A DNA stretch of 64,000 bases from Lama glama (taxonomy: Eukaryota), in contig CM052816.1 of NCBI GenBank assembly GCA_028534125.1, positions 9,736,001-9,800,000 on the forward strand. Reading direction: 5' to 3'. This document shows, in pieces, positions 1-12,216 of this stretch. Position 1 is the stretch's first letter. Each line of letters starts with the position of its first letter. Under the pieces are notes generated by a model. That model saw only the letters and a list, made by a program, of their open reading frames with translations, was not told the origin of the DNA and made no database searches. Position numbers and translations under genes: made by a program.

Positions 1-745
1 AAGAACAAAAACCCAAACAACCTGATTAACTGAATAGGCATCTTTCCAAAGACATACAAATGACCAACATGTACATGAAAAGGTGCTCAACGTAAGTAAT
101 CGTCAGAGAAATATAAATCAACACTACAATGAGATATCACAATATCCAGTATTTGGAAACAACCTAAGTGTTCATCAGTGGATGAATGGCTAGAGAAGAT
201 GTAGTTTATCTATCTACAAATATTATTCAGCTATAAAAAAGGAAATCCTGTTCTTTGCTATTTAATACAGTGTGGATGAACCTTGAGGGCATTATGCTAA
301 GTGAAATAAGTCAGACACAGAAAAATAAATACTGTTTGACATCAATCATGTGTAGATTCTAAAAAAAGTTGGACTCACAGAAACAAGAGAGTAGAATGGT
401 GGTTACCAGGGGCTGGGAGGGTTAGCAAATAAAGAAATGTCAGTCAAAGGATACACACTTCGAGTTACAAGATGAATCAGTTCTGAAGATCTAATGTATA
501 GCATGGTGACTGTAGTTAACAATACTGTATTATATACTTGAAAGTTGTTAAGAGACTAGATCTTAAATGTTCTTAGCACAAAAATGAGATGGTAATTATA
601 TGAAGTGATGAAGGTGTTGTCTAACCCTATTGTGATAGTCAGTTTTACAATATATAAATGTATCAAGTCATCAAACTGTACACCTTAAACTTACAAAATG
701 TCATATGTCAACTGTATTTCAATAAACTTGGTAAAGAAAAGATAA
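1..745 (+). mobile_element. LINE-1 3' end (ORF2 tail and 3'UTR), old L1M-type
   Basis: Typical L1 3' motifs (aacaacctaagtgttcatcagtggatgaatgg; ggcattatgctaagtgaaataagtcagac; gtggttaccaggggctggga), ending in aataaa plus an A-rich tail. Confidence 0.85.
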
Positions 746-759
746 AATGAAAAAGAAAT

Positions 760-1375
760 GCACATATTTCTTGAACAACATGCAATACCAAAGGTCACTC
801 ACAAGAAATACACAAACTGAAGAGTCCTATACCTATTAAATAAATTAAAATTTCAGGTAAGGAACTTCTAAGGAAAATACTTAGAGTTACCTAGAAAATG
901 TTATTAGAAAAATGTTCCTAACTGATAATAAAGAAATACTATCAATTCAAAACAAAATCCTGCAGAATACTGAAGTGGAAGAAACGCTTTCCACGTCTTT
1001 CTCTGAAGTCAGTTAAACTGACATCTAACCATACAGACATTATAAGAAAAGAAAACTGCATACCAATATTCTTCATGATCATTGATTACAGAAATTCAAA
1101 CAAAATAAAAAAAAATGAAACTGACAATATATAAAACAACACGGCGAAATTTATTACCAAATGCAAATTGTATTTAACATTTTAAAATCAATCAAAGTAA
1201 TTTGACATAGTAACAAACATCAAACAAAAAAACAGTATGATCATCTCAGAAAATAAAGAAACTTGACAAAATCCAAAATCTATTCTTGATTTAAAAAAAA
1301 AACCAGCAAACTAGAAATAAAAGAGAATTTTCTCAACCTGATAAACAGCATCTACAAAAAAATCTACAGCTTTAT
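760..1375 (+). mobile_element. Degenerate LINE-1 ORF2 fragment
   Basis: A-rich sequence with L1 RT-region motifs (aagaaaactgcataccaatattcttcatga; atgatcatctca...ttgacaaaatccaa; ttctcaacctgataaa). Confidence 0.7.
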
Positions 1376-1673
1376 ATTTAATAATAATAATAATAGAAAT
1401 AGTAATAGAATAGTAATAAAAATAGAGTATTTTTATTCTTCCTGAAGTGTTCATGGAGACTGAACCAAAGGGAGGGACTCTTCTAACTGGGAGTGTAGAG
1501 ATGGTTAAATTAGCAGAGATACTCCTTTGAGGTAAGGCTCCTTCATGAAAGTAGCCTCGACGCCTCTCCTTCACTGTCCACTGATCAACCAACACAAGGA
1601 TTTGTGTCTTTTCAAACTACTCTCTACTCATTTCCTTTCCCAGAGCCTCATTGCCAGTTCACTAGAAGACATA

Positions 1674-1737
1674 ATGGCTTTCTTTCAAATGATAAGATCT
1701 GTTTCTTTCTTCATTTTGTCATTTTCCGTTTTTCCTG
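1674..1737 (+). CDS. Candidate first coding exon (signal peptide MAFFQMIRSVSFFILSFSVFP) of a SPINK/acrosin-inhibitor-like gene; possibly a pseudogene
   Basis: ATG at 1674, hydrophobic 21 codons plus G, then donor GTGAGT at 1738 (phase 1). Same 64-nt coding length as the first coding exon of the gene at 12046. Upstream acceptor tttcctttcccag (1643) and donor gag|gtaagg (1531/1532) would define a 5'UTR intron. Confidence 0.5.
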
Positions 1738-2112
1738 GTGAGTAATTTTTCTTAGTCAGTGGAAAACTTTGAATCATTCAGCAGTTGTCAAATATTGGGC
1801 CAACTATGAATAGGGACCTTACTGATGATCCTGATGATAATTTTTCTTGCTGCTGCTCATGCTCATCAATGGATGATGCAGGGAGCGCTTTTAAAGCATA
1901 TTGGGCTTATATATAAGGAATTTGATTACAGGTTCTACTCCTTGAATATACTGAATGCCTTCGTGTAAGTTCATGCTCTTACTATATTTCTATGTTCTCA
2001 TCTACAAAGTGAGGAGATTACCTGCTTTTGACAGAGTTGTTGTTAGAGTTAAACTACTACATAAGAGTGTGTGAAATGTAGTCAGATTCACAGCAGACAT
2101 AAATGAATGTAT

Positions 2113-2612
2113 NNNNNNNNNNNNNNNNNNNNNNNNNNNNNNNNNNNNNNNNNNNNNNNNNNNNNNNNNNNNNNNNNNNNNNNNNNNNNNNNNNNNNNNN
2201 NNNNNNNNNNNNNNNNNNNNNNNNNNNNNNNNNNNNNNNNNNNNNNNNNNNNNNNNNNNNNNNNNNNNNNNNNNNNNNNNNNNNNNNNNNNNNNNNNNNN
2301 NNNNNNNNNNNNNNNNNNNNNNNNNNNNNNNNNNNNNNNNNNNNNNNNNNNNNNNNNNNNNNNNNNNNNNNNNNNNNNNNNNNNNNNNNNNNNNNNNNNN
2401 NNNNNNNNNNNNNNNNNNNNNNNNNNNNNNNNNNNNNNNNNNNNNNNNNNNNNNNNNNNNNNNNNNNNNNNNNNNNNNNNNNNNNNNNNNNNNNNNNNNN
2501 NNNNNNNNNNNNNNNNNNNNNNNNNNNNNNNNNNNNNNNNNNNNNNNNNNNNNNNNNNNNNNNNNNNNNNNNNNNNNNNNNNNNNNNNNNNNNNNNNNNN
2601 NNNNNNNNNNNN
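2113..2612. other. Assembly gap (500 N)
   Basis: Run of N. Confidence 1.
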
Positions 2613-3264
2613 CTAAATTTCAGAAATTCTGTTATTCTCTTAACTTTGAATTAGGCTGGAGTTTCATGCCCTCTCTTGATCACAATAAAGTATTCAATTA
2701 TGTCTTATTTAAAGATAGAATCTCCTAGACACTCCAGTGTGAATCTAGCAATAGAAAAAAACACAGTTTTCCTTCCTGTGGAGATTGGTTCAAAATATCA
2801 TGGCTTTCAGAGATTGGATCAGTGAGCTCTGGGTGCTCCAGAACAGGGAGCGAGATAAGAAGGAAGACAAGACTAGAGAAAGAAACCTCAGAGAAATGAA
2901 ATTCAGCAGGAGGACTGTCACAGCTGGAGAAGCACCGGTAGAGACACTGTAGGCCCAGCAAGCAGGCCGCGGAGTGTCGGTCCTCCTGTTCCACAGGTGG
3001 GATAGGAGGCAAGAGGGACGCCTGCAGAGGGAACTGAGGGTCAGAAAAGACTCAAAGCCTGGTTAGAGGATCAGCCAGCCTATGAGATAAGCTTCAAGAG
3101 CATCTGCCCCAGAGCAGAGTTCCCCAGTGCACATAGGGATGAGTAAAGCCCTCGGAGTCTGCACGGAGAGACAGGTCGGAATCAAGACAGTGGGCTCCAA
3201 GACAGAAAACTCCCGAACTCGGCAGAAATTAAATACGCAACAGTGTCAATTTATTTTGAGGCAG

Positions 3265-3308
3265 AGAAGGCTGCTTCTTGTTCTTACAAACACTTTTCAG
3301 GTCAAAAG
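3265..3308 (+). CDS. Candidate SPINK-type exon 2, (E)KAASCSYKHFSGQK (or an 8-nt micro-exon 3301-3308 in the same frame)
   Basis: AG at 3263-64 (alternative, stronger acceptor cacttttcag at 3300), donor aag|GTGAGC. Phase 1->0 as in SPINK exon 2, in frame with exon 1674-1737. Confidence 0.35.
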
Positions 3309-3449
3309 GTGAGCTTTTATAGAGTAAGCAAGCATGGTTTCATTGGCTTAGGAAAGACAAAGGACAGCTGCTTGGGCATGGGACCTGGGTGGGGCCTGGC
3401 CCTTCAGAAAATAGATTCTGTCAAGCTGAGTACTTCAGTCAAAAATCGG

Positions 3450-3598
3450 TTTTTTTTTTTTAAGTAAATTTGCTTTTGCAGAGGGGAGGTAATTAGGTTT
3501 ATTTATTTACTTGGTTTTTCAGTGGAGGTACTGGGGATTGAACCAAGGACCTCACACATGCTAAGCATGTGCTCTACCACTTGAGCTGTACCCTCCTC
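3450..3598 (-). mobile_element. tRNA-Ala-derived SINE (camelid vic-1 type)
   Basis: Reverse complement reads ...ggtacagctcaagtggtagagcacatgcttagcatgtgtgaggtccttggttcaatcccc (A and B boxes), then an AT-rich tail and cctaattacctcccc; same as the copies at 10727, 14913 and 22788. Confidence 0.85.
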
Positions 3599-5987
3599 AA
3601 CAAAATTTTTCATTTGGGGAAAACACGTGTGCCTCATACAGGATTTCTAATGTACCTGTTTTCTTTCTCTTTTTTCTTTTTAGAAAATGTGGTGGCCAAA
3701 TTAAATTTAGTCATTTTTTCCCCTACTGATTCCTTGATAAAGTTTTCTCTATGAAATGATTCCTCTTACTCTTCCTGTTTCACTGAAGGGTATTTCCACA
3801 GTTTTTGCATAGGGTAAGGAAACTCAGCACGCATGACATGTGACCTGTACACTCCTTTTGATATTAAAGTTCAGGATTCTTGAATTTGGTATTTCTGACT
3901 CTGTGTGATTTGAATGAATTTCCTGCTTTAGAAAACATAGGGCATAAATCATTTTCTATGAAAACGATGATCTCCTAAATAAAAAACATTAACCATGCAA
4001 AAATGTAATGTCGCCTGTGAGTTCTTGTTCTCTGTCACTGTCAGACCTGTAAGCAGCTGAAAGAACACAATGAATACTTCAAAGATTTATTTATAGTTAA
4101 ATGAGAAACAGTCCTGTACAAACTCTTGAGGGAAAACCGATGTTAGAAAATTACTTCTATTTCCAGGAATATAAAATTGTTGTTCCAAAAGTGATAGTAT
4201 TGAGTTCTATAGTAAGTGTCTTCTCCTGTAGATTATTTGAGTTCCATCTTATTCCAAATCATCAAAGTAAATCCCATGACTCATCGTATCTGATGAGTAC
4301 CTTTTAAAGCTTTGCCCTTGCTGTGGTATGTTAGGTGCTCTGCTTATAAGAAAGGTTGATGCCAAAAAAAAGGTGGTTTGAAATGTTCTTAAAGTGTGTG
4401 TGTGTGTGTTAACCAGGGAACGGAATTTCTTACTAATAAAGTATCTTTTATCATCAAAATTATGGTAACGGTTTACAGACGTGTTATTTTCTCCAGTCCT
4501 CATAGATATGTAGTTAGGTGTAATTAAGTAATACTTACCTAAAATTGTAGATTATTGAAGTTCTATCTTAAATCATGAAAGCAAAACCCATGAACCATCT
4601 TATCTCAGTGTATTTGAACATTGCCTTTCTTGCTTTATGCTTTATTTTTTGCTTTTAAGTAGGGGTGGTACAAAAAAAGCTTGCTTGACATTTTATTAAA
4701 GGTTTTTTTTTTTTAAGCAGTGAAGAGAAATAAGATGTTATTTTGTATTTCAAAAACTATGTTAAAGTTCTGCGCATTTGTTAGTCTTCATGGAAATGTG
4801 AGTGACGTGTAATTAAGTCCTTTTTTTGATAATAAGGAACTAGGACTTAGGATTGTAAATATACTAAAATACACTATTATGGTAATAAAAGTAAATTTTA
4901 CTAAACAATATTACTCTTTTATGAGGTTAAGGAGCTGACAGGCTGCCCCAAATGAGTTTCTGTGGTGATGAGCTGAATGCCTTTGCCTAAACAGGGAACT
5001 GTGAACAGGTGTACATACTACCTCATCATCTGATTGGATAGAAGAATAAGAAATAGCCCTATAGAGCCTCATAAAGAAGTATTTCAATTGAAGTCATTTT
5101 GAATTTTAATTATATTTTAATTATTCAGAGAAATGCACCAGTGATCTCTTCCTCTTTGTACCTGTACCATGGCATGGTTCATTTATTTCTGCCCTCTCTT
5201 AAAAGAGATTTATTCTTCAGAACTCTGACATCTCTGTACATACCAGAGGCATAATCACCAAACCTGCCTTTAGATGTCACACATACTGACTCTTACATCT
5301 CAGTAACTGTTCTGCATTTGGCTAGACCATTAATAGTCTAAATGGTCTAAAATATGAGACCTTTACTGGATGATGTAAATGTTCTAAAACTGAATTGTGA
5401 TGGTTGTAGATCTCTGTATGTTTACAAAAATCATTGTATTACACTGAAAAATGGTTGTTTTGGGCATGTAAATACCAAAATAAAGATGTTTAAAAAGCAG
5501 TAAAATAACAAGTTTCATATTAAAACTACTTTTTATTACCGAAATGTCAAGTTCTAACTATTATTAAATTCCCAGTTTCTTATTTTCATTATTGGCTAAA
5601 AGTTAAACCCAACGTGTACCTAATAAGATTTTTGTAAGAACTAAGATAACACGTGGGAAGCTGCTTTATAGAGCTTTTGTTGACAATAGATAATTTTAAC
5701 CAGTACACTGGACGTTCCTAGAAAACAGAATTGTATCTACTTTTGCTCAACAGCTTTTCCCTAGCATCTTACCTAAGACTTGATACATAACAGGTTTTTA
5801 TATGTATTTTTTTTAACATCTGAGGACTTTATTAGGCCATTTGAGATTCCTTGGAATGACAATGATTATACAGTTTTTAAAAAGTACTTCAATCAAATAG
5901 TTTGTTGTTGCTTTATCAGCTTTTACTTTTTAAATGTGGCATTTCTTCCATTGCTAATGTGCTTTTGGCAAATATGTACAAATGATT

Positions 5988-6410
5988 TTCTTTTTTTCAG
6001 TTTTAATTGAAGTATAGTGTATTTACAATGTTGTGTTAGTTTCTGGTGTACGGCAAAGTGATTCATTTATACAAATATGTATTCTTTTTCATCATAGTTT
6101 ATTCCAAGATTGAATATAGTTCCTTGTACTATACAGTAGGACCTTGTTATATACCTATTTTATGTATAGTAGTTTGTAGTCTGTATAATCCCTAACTCCT
6201 ACTTTGTCACCTTCCTTTCTCCTTTGGTAACCGTAAATTTGCTTTCTGTGTCTGTGAGTCTGTTTGTATTGTAAATAAGTTCATTTTTATCATATTTTAG
6301 ATTCCACATATAAGTGATACCATATGGTATTTGTCCTTGTCTAACTTAATTCACTTAGTGTGATAATCTCCAGGCCCATCCATATTGCTGCAAATGGCAT
6401 TATTTTTATA
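5988..6410 (-). mobile_element. LINE-1 3' fragment
   Basis: ttaattgaagtatagtg...tttagattccacatataagtga...catattgctgcaaatggcat, an antisense L1 3' end. Confidence 0.85.
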
Positions 6411-6489
6411 TAATATTTTTATATAATTTGTAATAAAAATAAAAGAATCCATGTATGAATGTACCAGTGTTCACTGCAGAGTTTTAAAA

Positions 6490-7225
6490 TTTTTAATTGT
6501 GGTAAAATACATATAAAATTTACCATCTTAATTGTTTTTAAGTGCAGAATTCATTGTGCACATTAGTGTTAACTACATTGAGACTGTTGAACAACCAATC
6601 TCCAGAACTCTTTTCATCTTGCAAAACTGAAATTCTGTACACATTAAACAACTACCCATCTCCCTCTCCCCAAGCCCCAAGAAACCACATCCTACTTTAT
6701 GTCTCTATGGCTTTGACTACAAGTGGAATCATACATTATTTGTCTTTTGATGACTGGCTTATTTCATTTAGTATACTGTCTTCAATTCTGTACATGTTGT
6801 ATTATGTGTCAGGATTTCCTTCCCTTTTAAGGCTGAATAATATCCCATTGTATATATATACTACATTTTATTTATCTGTTCATTTGTTGATGGACACTTG
6901 TGTTCCTTCCACCTTTTGGCTACTGTGCCATTATGAACACTGGTATACGAATGTCTTTTTAAGGTCTTGGTTTCAATTCTTTTAAGTGTATGTCCTGAGG
7001 TGGAATTACTGGGTCATATGGTAATCCGATTCTGTTTCTATTTTTAAATTTTTAAGGAATTGCCGTACTATTTTCTATAGTGGCTGCGCCGTTTTACATT
7101 TTACCAACAGTGCACAAGGGTTCCAGTTTCTCCACATCTTTGCCAACGCTTGTTATTTTCTGCCTTTTTGATAGTAGTCATTCCAATGGGTGGAAGGTGC
7201 TGTCTCATTTTGATTTTGATTTGCT
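6490..7225 (-). mobile_element. LINE-1 3' fragment (older subfamily)
   Basis: tttaaggctgaataatatcccattgtat; ggaattactgggtcatatggtaa; ttccagtttctccacatctttgccaac. Confidence 0.85.
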
Positions 7226-8365
7226 TTTTGGAGTATTTTTCCTACAAGACCTCCCCAAGGAAAAAGGTCATGAAACCAGCTGAATGCTTTATTTTACAAC
7301 GTGACTCCAAAAATGTACGCTCCAATGGATATATGTTCATTAAGAATTAATACTGGAGAATTTAAACAAGAAGGCCCTATGTAAATCATACATTTCGATA
7401 AAAATATGAAAAATTTTACCAAAAGAGATCATGCCCGGTAATATATGGCAGACTGTACTTGTCTTCCAGGCATCAATCTACATTTCTGTCATTAAAATAA
7501 AGCTTAAATGAGCTCTAGGCCACGCAGCTAATGGTTGCTTCCTGTTAGTTGGGAGATGAAAAGAAACAGAAACCCTTCATCACATCATCATGCTTACCCC
7601 ACAAACGGACAGTCTCGGCTGAAGAAAGCAGTGCCATCTAGCATTTGAACATCACTCAACTACCTTTTGGCTTATTTATGAGAGAGAAGGGAAACGATAC
7701 GATACATTCTCCCCAAGCCTCGGAAATCCTACAGTCTCTTTGAATAGGTTCTCCAATCAATTGAATTACAAGATGTAAGTCCTAATTAATTTATTAGCTG
7801 AAGTTCTTATTGCCTAACATTTGTGATCATAACATTAACCTTAGGTGCTTATTAGAATTCAATTTCCTAGACCCCCTTTCTTGGAGAATTTGATTCTTTA
7901 GGACAGAAAGAAGCCCAAGAATCTATTTCTGTTAAACACTGAGTAATGTATTACTTGTTTGCTTTTGAAAATATTGTTTTGATTATAATTATCAAAAGTA
8001 TGCACATGTCTTAGCTCACTATCCAGTCAAAGAAAGGACATTTTAATAAAGATAACATCATTTCTAACATTTTAATGAGTGAAATATTTTTTATCTTAAA
8101 TTAGCTTTTATGTTATCAAACTTTCAGTTAAGACATTCATTTTTTAAACTATCATTGAATAATTGAACACAGAGAATCAAAATCCTGAAAATCACGGGAA
8201 GTTAGAAAAACTTTGAATGCTTTATAATCTAGCTTCTGTTCCATAGGATTTACCTGATCAGCTATGAATTTAAGGCTCTGATTGAGAAGACTCTAATTGC
8301 CTGTAGAAGGCGCCACAAAACGTGATTACAAAAAAAGCCATATTGGTGTGCAGCTTCATCAATAT

Positions 8366-8411
8366 TCAACATACACCAAAATGGTGAAAATCAATGTTGG
8401 CATTGTTTTCT
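8366..8411 (-). CDS. BUSI-I-like gene, last coding exon (I)ENNANIDFHHFGVC*
   Basis: Acceptor ctgtctctttctttctttatag; 46 nt ending TGT TGA. Confidence 0.9.
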
Positions 8412-11400
8412 CTATAAAGAAAGAAAGAGACAGAGAAAAAAATTAAAGAGTTTTAAGGAAGAAATAAAGTACATTACATTTAAAGAAATATTACAAAGGA
8501 CATTCATGGAAAAACTGGTCAACTCCGAACAATTCTGTTGGTTCATTAATAGTGACATACCAATGTTAATTTTTTAGTTTTGACAAGTGTGCCAGGGTTC
8601 TACATGGTGTTAACCTTAGAAGAAACTGGATAAAAGACACAAAAACTTGCTACTATCTTTGAAATTTTTCTGTAAATCTTAAATTATTCCGAAATAAAAA
8701 TACTATTTTTAAAAAGGAGAATTTTAAACTCCCAGGATTCTATCACAGAGGAAACTACATTCATTGCCTTAAGTCTGACCATCCATTGCACAGACTGAAC
8801 TCATTTCTATGATGCAAAAATGTAGATAACATGCATGCAGAATATAGTTGGGATTTTTCAGTGTCTAAACACAGAGACACTGGAAACCTTTTCAAAAAGG
8901 AGAATGTGAACGTGGAATAGCATGGAGAGGCTGTGCTCCACTTCCAGAAGCAGCTGGACTCTGCTTGTTCCTAGGGTCTGACACATGTCCTGTCCCCTTG
9001 TGGGGTCACTTGACTCTTCCTACATGCTCAGTCCTGTCTCAGTCTTAGGACCCACCCAGATCTGAGAGTGGAGAGATTGGAGATGGTCTCAGCAGTTCTC
9101 CAGAAACAGATGCCAATTTAAGGGATTAAATGTGCAAAGATTTTGTGAGATGAAACACATATGAGAGAGAATAAGGAGGGAGGTAGGAAGACTGGCTGAA
9201 GCTTTAAACTGCACATTCCTTCAGGATGAAAGAGACAGGAGATGAGATTAGATGGAGGTACTCCACAATGTCCTGCTGTCCAATGTAGATTTGGAGGCTG
9301 TCATGGATTTTGTGAGACAAAGCTGACCATTAGAGGAGTCCCTTTTTAGCATGAATGGCCTTGGTTTTAGTTTCCTTCAGCTAGAAGTCTGCATGGGTCA
9401 ATTACACGGCCACCATAGAGAGCTGTGATTCTGCATCTGGGCTACAGAATTACATTGTGTTGGTTGCTAGCCTGCCATTAGTGACACATAATTAGGTGAA
9501 ATTAATTGATGTACACATTTGTACAATATCAAACAAAGTTATAATGAGAGCTCAAATACAAAATTACTTTCAGAAACAAGAACTTCAGGGAAAGGAACAA
9601 GAGTGGCCTCTAATTTTTTACAGAGGTCTTAGTAATTTTCTATGTATGTTGAGCCTTGGTTATCAGCAACAAGGATTTTCCTATCACTTTGTGATGATTT
9701 CTTCATACCTTGGAGGACCAAATACTTATACTGTGTGCTTATTACATCTTTTCATGACAAAACAGACAGTCATTGTCATAAGTTTTTGCGTTGGTTGCAC
9801 AGAGTGGAACATATTCGCTGGTGCAAGCTCCTGTATATAGTTTACAGTCTGGCTGTTAAACACAGAGAGACAATATAAACTTTCTCAGGGAATGAAAGTC
9901 TCAGTAAAATTTTGCTTAATCTTAATATGAAGGGCCAGACATCAAGATTAGAAAAATACAGTCTATAAGTAGTTTTAAACACTAACACTAAAATTTATAA
10001 AACAGAAATCCCACTTAAAAAATAAAATTTTACCAATGTTTTTATAAACCTGCTGTAATTTTTTAAAGAGATCACAGAACATGTTATTGTAATTTAGTGA
10101 CCACCATCTTCACTTCCGTTTAGATTTTTCTCCTTCCAAACTCAAGAAGAAATCATGAAATGGAATTTTTCTATTTCTCATTCCCTGTCTTGATAATTTC
10201 ACTAAGTCTGTGTGTGTGCATACATATATGCAGCTATAAGTGCAATTTGTTTAATGTTGACAGTACTGGTAATTGACATAAACAATACTTTGTGTACGTT
10301 TACCTCATCTGCTTTTGAAAATTCTTTGTGACTATGTTTATTCAGGAATTTAGAACTGTAGTTTAACTTTTCACCTTTATGTAATATTATACTATGTGGG
10401 TATATAGAAATTATTATATTATCCACCCTTACATGTAGATTTAGATTGATTCTGTTTTCTTTTGTTTTGCTGAGATGAACACTTCTACTGTAAACACCCT
10501 CCACTGTGTCTCAGATGCTTGTATGACACAACACTTATGCCCATTCATTAAATTTTTGTGTAATGGGATATGCACATTTTTATGTTGTCTAGATAATGAC
10601 AAATGGCTTTACATGACTAAGTTTCTATTTTTTTGACTTTAATGTAATACTAACACTTTTTGTTTTTTGAAAGATCTCTCTGTTGTACATTTTTTATGAA
10701 TTTTGCTATTAAAATGTATACTATAGAGGGGAAGGGTATAGCTCAGTGGTAGAGCACATGCTTAGCATGCATGAGGTCCTGGGTTCAATCCCCTGTACAT
10801 CCATTAAAATAAATAAGTAAATAAATAATCCTAATTACCTCCCCCCTCAAAACAAAATATATAATATAGAAAAGTGGTTTAGCTTTTTCAGCGTCCATCA
10901 GGATTAACTTACCGGAAGTTTGAATTCTGATACAGATGCAAAAGAGGTTTCTGCAACCAACACATAGATGGAAAAGTTAAAAATGAAGGCAGAGAAGATG
11001 GGGGAGGGGCAGGGGGAGGAGAAGAAGAGGAAGAAGAAGAAAGAGAGGAGGAGGACACGGAAGGAGGAGGAGGGGAAGGGGAGAAAGGAGGGAGAAGAGG
11101 AGGAAAGGGGGTAGAAGAATCATCTTTAGGAAATACGGCTATTTCTTAGTAGCAGAAACCTATGCAAATTGCTTACTCAAGACCCCCCCCCCAGTAATGA
11201 GGCAAGCCCTTCATGTCATTAGCAAAACAAAACATTCACAAAACAATATCAAATTTGGAAATATTTTTAAATTCCCAATTATTCTAACTCTGTGAAAATA
11301 AATTGTATGTGTTTTTAAAACCCCAACATCCTTCTTTGAAGATGTCACTGTTTTTCTTCCCATTTTTATAGATGAGACATCCTAGACAGATAAGACAATG

Positions 11401-12046
11401 CTTTAGAGCATATCACTTAAATATGAAGGAATCAATTAGTACTTGGTGAGTTAGAACTGTGATCTAAATGTGTGCGTCTGTCTTATAGCCCACAGATGCC
11501 TTATTCTGAAATTCATGGTCTACCTTGAGCTTCGAGAGAGATCACTTTGCCAGATGTGTCAATGTGTTCTCTCCTTAGACAAAACCTTGTCTTAGGGGAC
11601 TCAGAATGGGTGATCAAAAAATCAGAATATGAAGCAATTCCAAACCTAGAAAAAAATCATTCCTCTTCGTAGTTTGCATTTAACAATCTGACCATCAAAA
11701 AGAAAAAAATAATCAGGTAATATTCTTTAGTCATTGATGAACAAAGAGCAAAGTTCTAACCCACTACTCTATCTCCACTTGTCTAAAATGGGAAACGAGG
11801 AAAAGGCATCCTCTGATGCAATGTTAAAAAGGCATTTGTAACATGCCCTTTTTTCACTTAATCAGTTTATGGTCTACAAACCCAATAAAAAACAAGCTCC
11901 TTCATTCCTAGATTACAGAAGTTGTTTCCTGCGTTTTCTAAGATATGGGAAACATTTCACGCAGACTAGAAAACTGACTTACCAGAATAAAGAGGAAATG
12001 CCAAGGCAATGATGAAAATAACTTTGATCCATGATAAGAGGGACAT
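8366..12046 (-). CDS. Secreted single-Kazal-domain protease inhibitor, acrosin inhibitor 1 (BUSI-I)-like, 84 aa; join complement(11983..12046,10913..10950,9746..9852,8366..8411)
   Basis: Spliced ORF MSLLSWIKVIFIIALAFPLYSETSFASVSEFKLPPDCKLYTGACTSEYVPLCATNAKTYDNDCLFCHEKIENNANIDFHHFGVC*. All introns are GT..AG with the SPINK phases 1,0,2. Six Kazal cysteines. Closely resembles bovine BUSI-I as recalled (PPDCKVYTEACTREYNPIC...FNHFGEC). Confidence 0.9.
9095..9450 (-). mobile_element. ERVL LTR (LTR16-like) remnant in intron 3 of the BUSI-I-like gene
   Basis: gttctccagaaacagatgcca...tgtgcaaagattttg...gaccattagaggagtccc resembles the LTR16 family; a similar copy lies at 14517. Confidence 0.5.
9746..9852 (-). 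CDS. BUSI-I-like gene, Kazal exon PDCKLYTGACTSEYVPLCATNAKTYDNDCLFCHEK
   Basis: Acceptor tctctgtgtttaacag; 107 nt (phase 0->2); C-x6-C-x7-C-x10-C-x2-C Kazal pattern; donor GTAATA (weak). Confidence 0.92.
10727..10860 (+). mobile_element. tRNA-Ala-derived SINE (vic-1 type)
   Basis: gggtatagctcagtggtagagcacatgcttagcatgcatgaggtcctgggttcaatcccc plus AT-rich tail. Confidence 0.9.
10913..10950 (-). CDS. BUSI-I-like gene, coding exon 2 (E)TSFASVSEFKLP
   Basis: Acceptor ttggttgcag, donor ccg|GTAAGT, 38 nt, phase 1->0. Confidence 0.85.
10985..11118. repeat. Polypurine (GA/GGA-rich) low-complexity tract
   Basis: ggggaggagaagaagaggaagaagaag... almost entirely purines on the + strand. Confidence 0.8.
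11983..12046 (-). CDS. BUSI-I-like gene, signal-peptide exon MSLLSWIKVIFIIALAFPLYS
   Basis: ATG at 12046 (aaaATGT), donor ctg|GTAAGT, phase 1. Splice acceptor tttctcctacag 10 nt upstream of the ATG. Confidence 0.9.
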
Positions 12047-12092
12047 TTTATCAAGTCTGTAGGAGAAACACACAGGAATGTTTATAACACAC

Positions 12093-12192
12093 NNNNNNNN
12101 NNNNNNNNNNNNNNNNNNNNNNNNNNNNNNNNNNNNNNNNNNNNNNNNNNNNNNNNNNNNNNNNNNNNNNNNNNNNNNNNNNNNNNNNNNNN
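12093..12192. other. Assembly gap (100 N)
   Basis: Run of N. Confidence 1.
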
Positions 12193-12216
12193 CGCCATAG
12201 TCCCCAGCTGACCTAC

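Noticed and set aside
2103..2654. ORFs made largely of X (also at 18165, 35370-36083 and 59308-60115)
   Set aside because: Artefacts of translating N gaps
3789..3813. Small exon-like segment ending agg|gtaagg
   Set aside because: Available acceptors do not give the phase 1->0 needed to join exon 1674-1737
10727..10800. tRNA-Ala gene
   Set aside because: The tRNA-like head is followed by a SINE body and tail, and several diverged copies occur in the window, so it is a SINE
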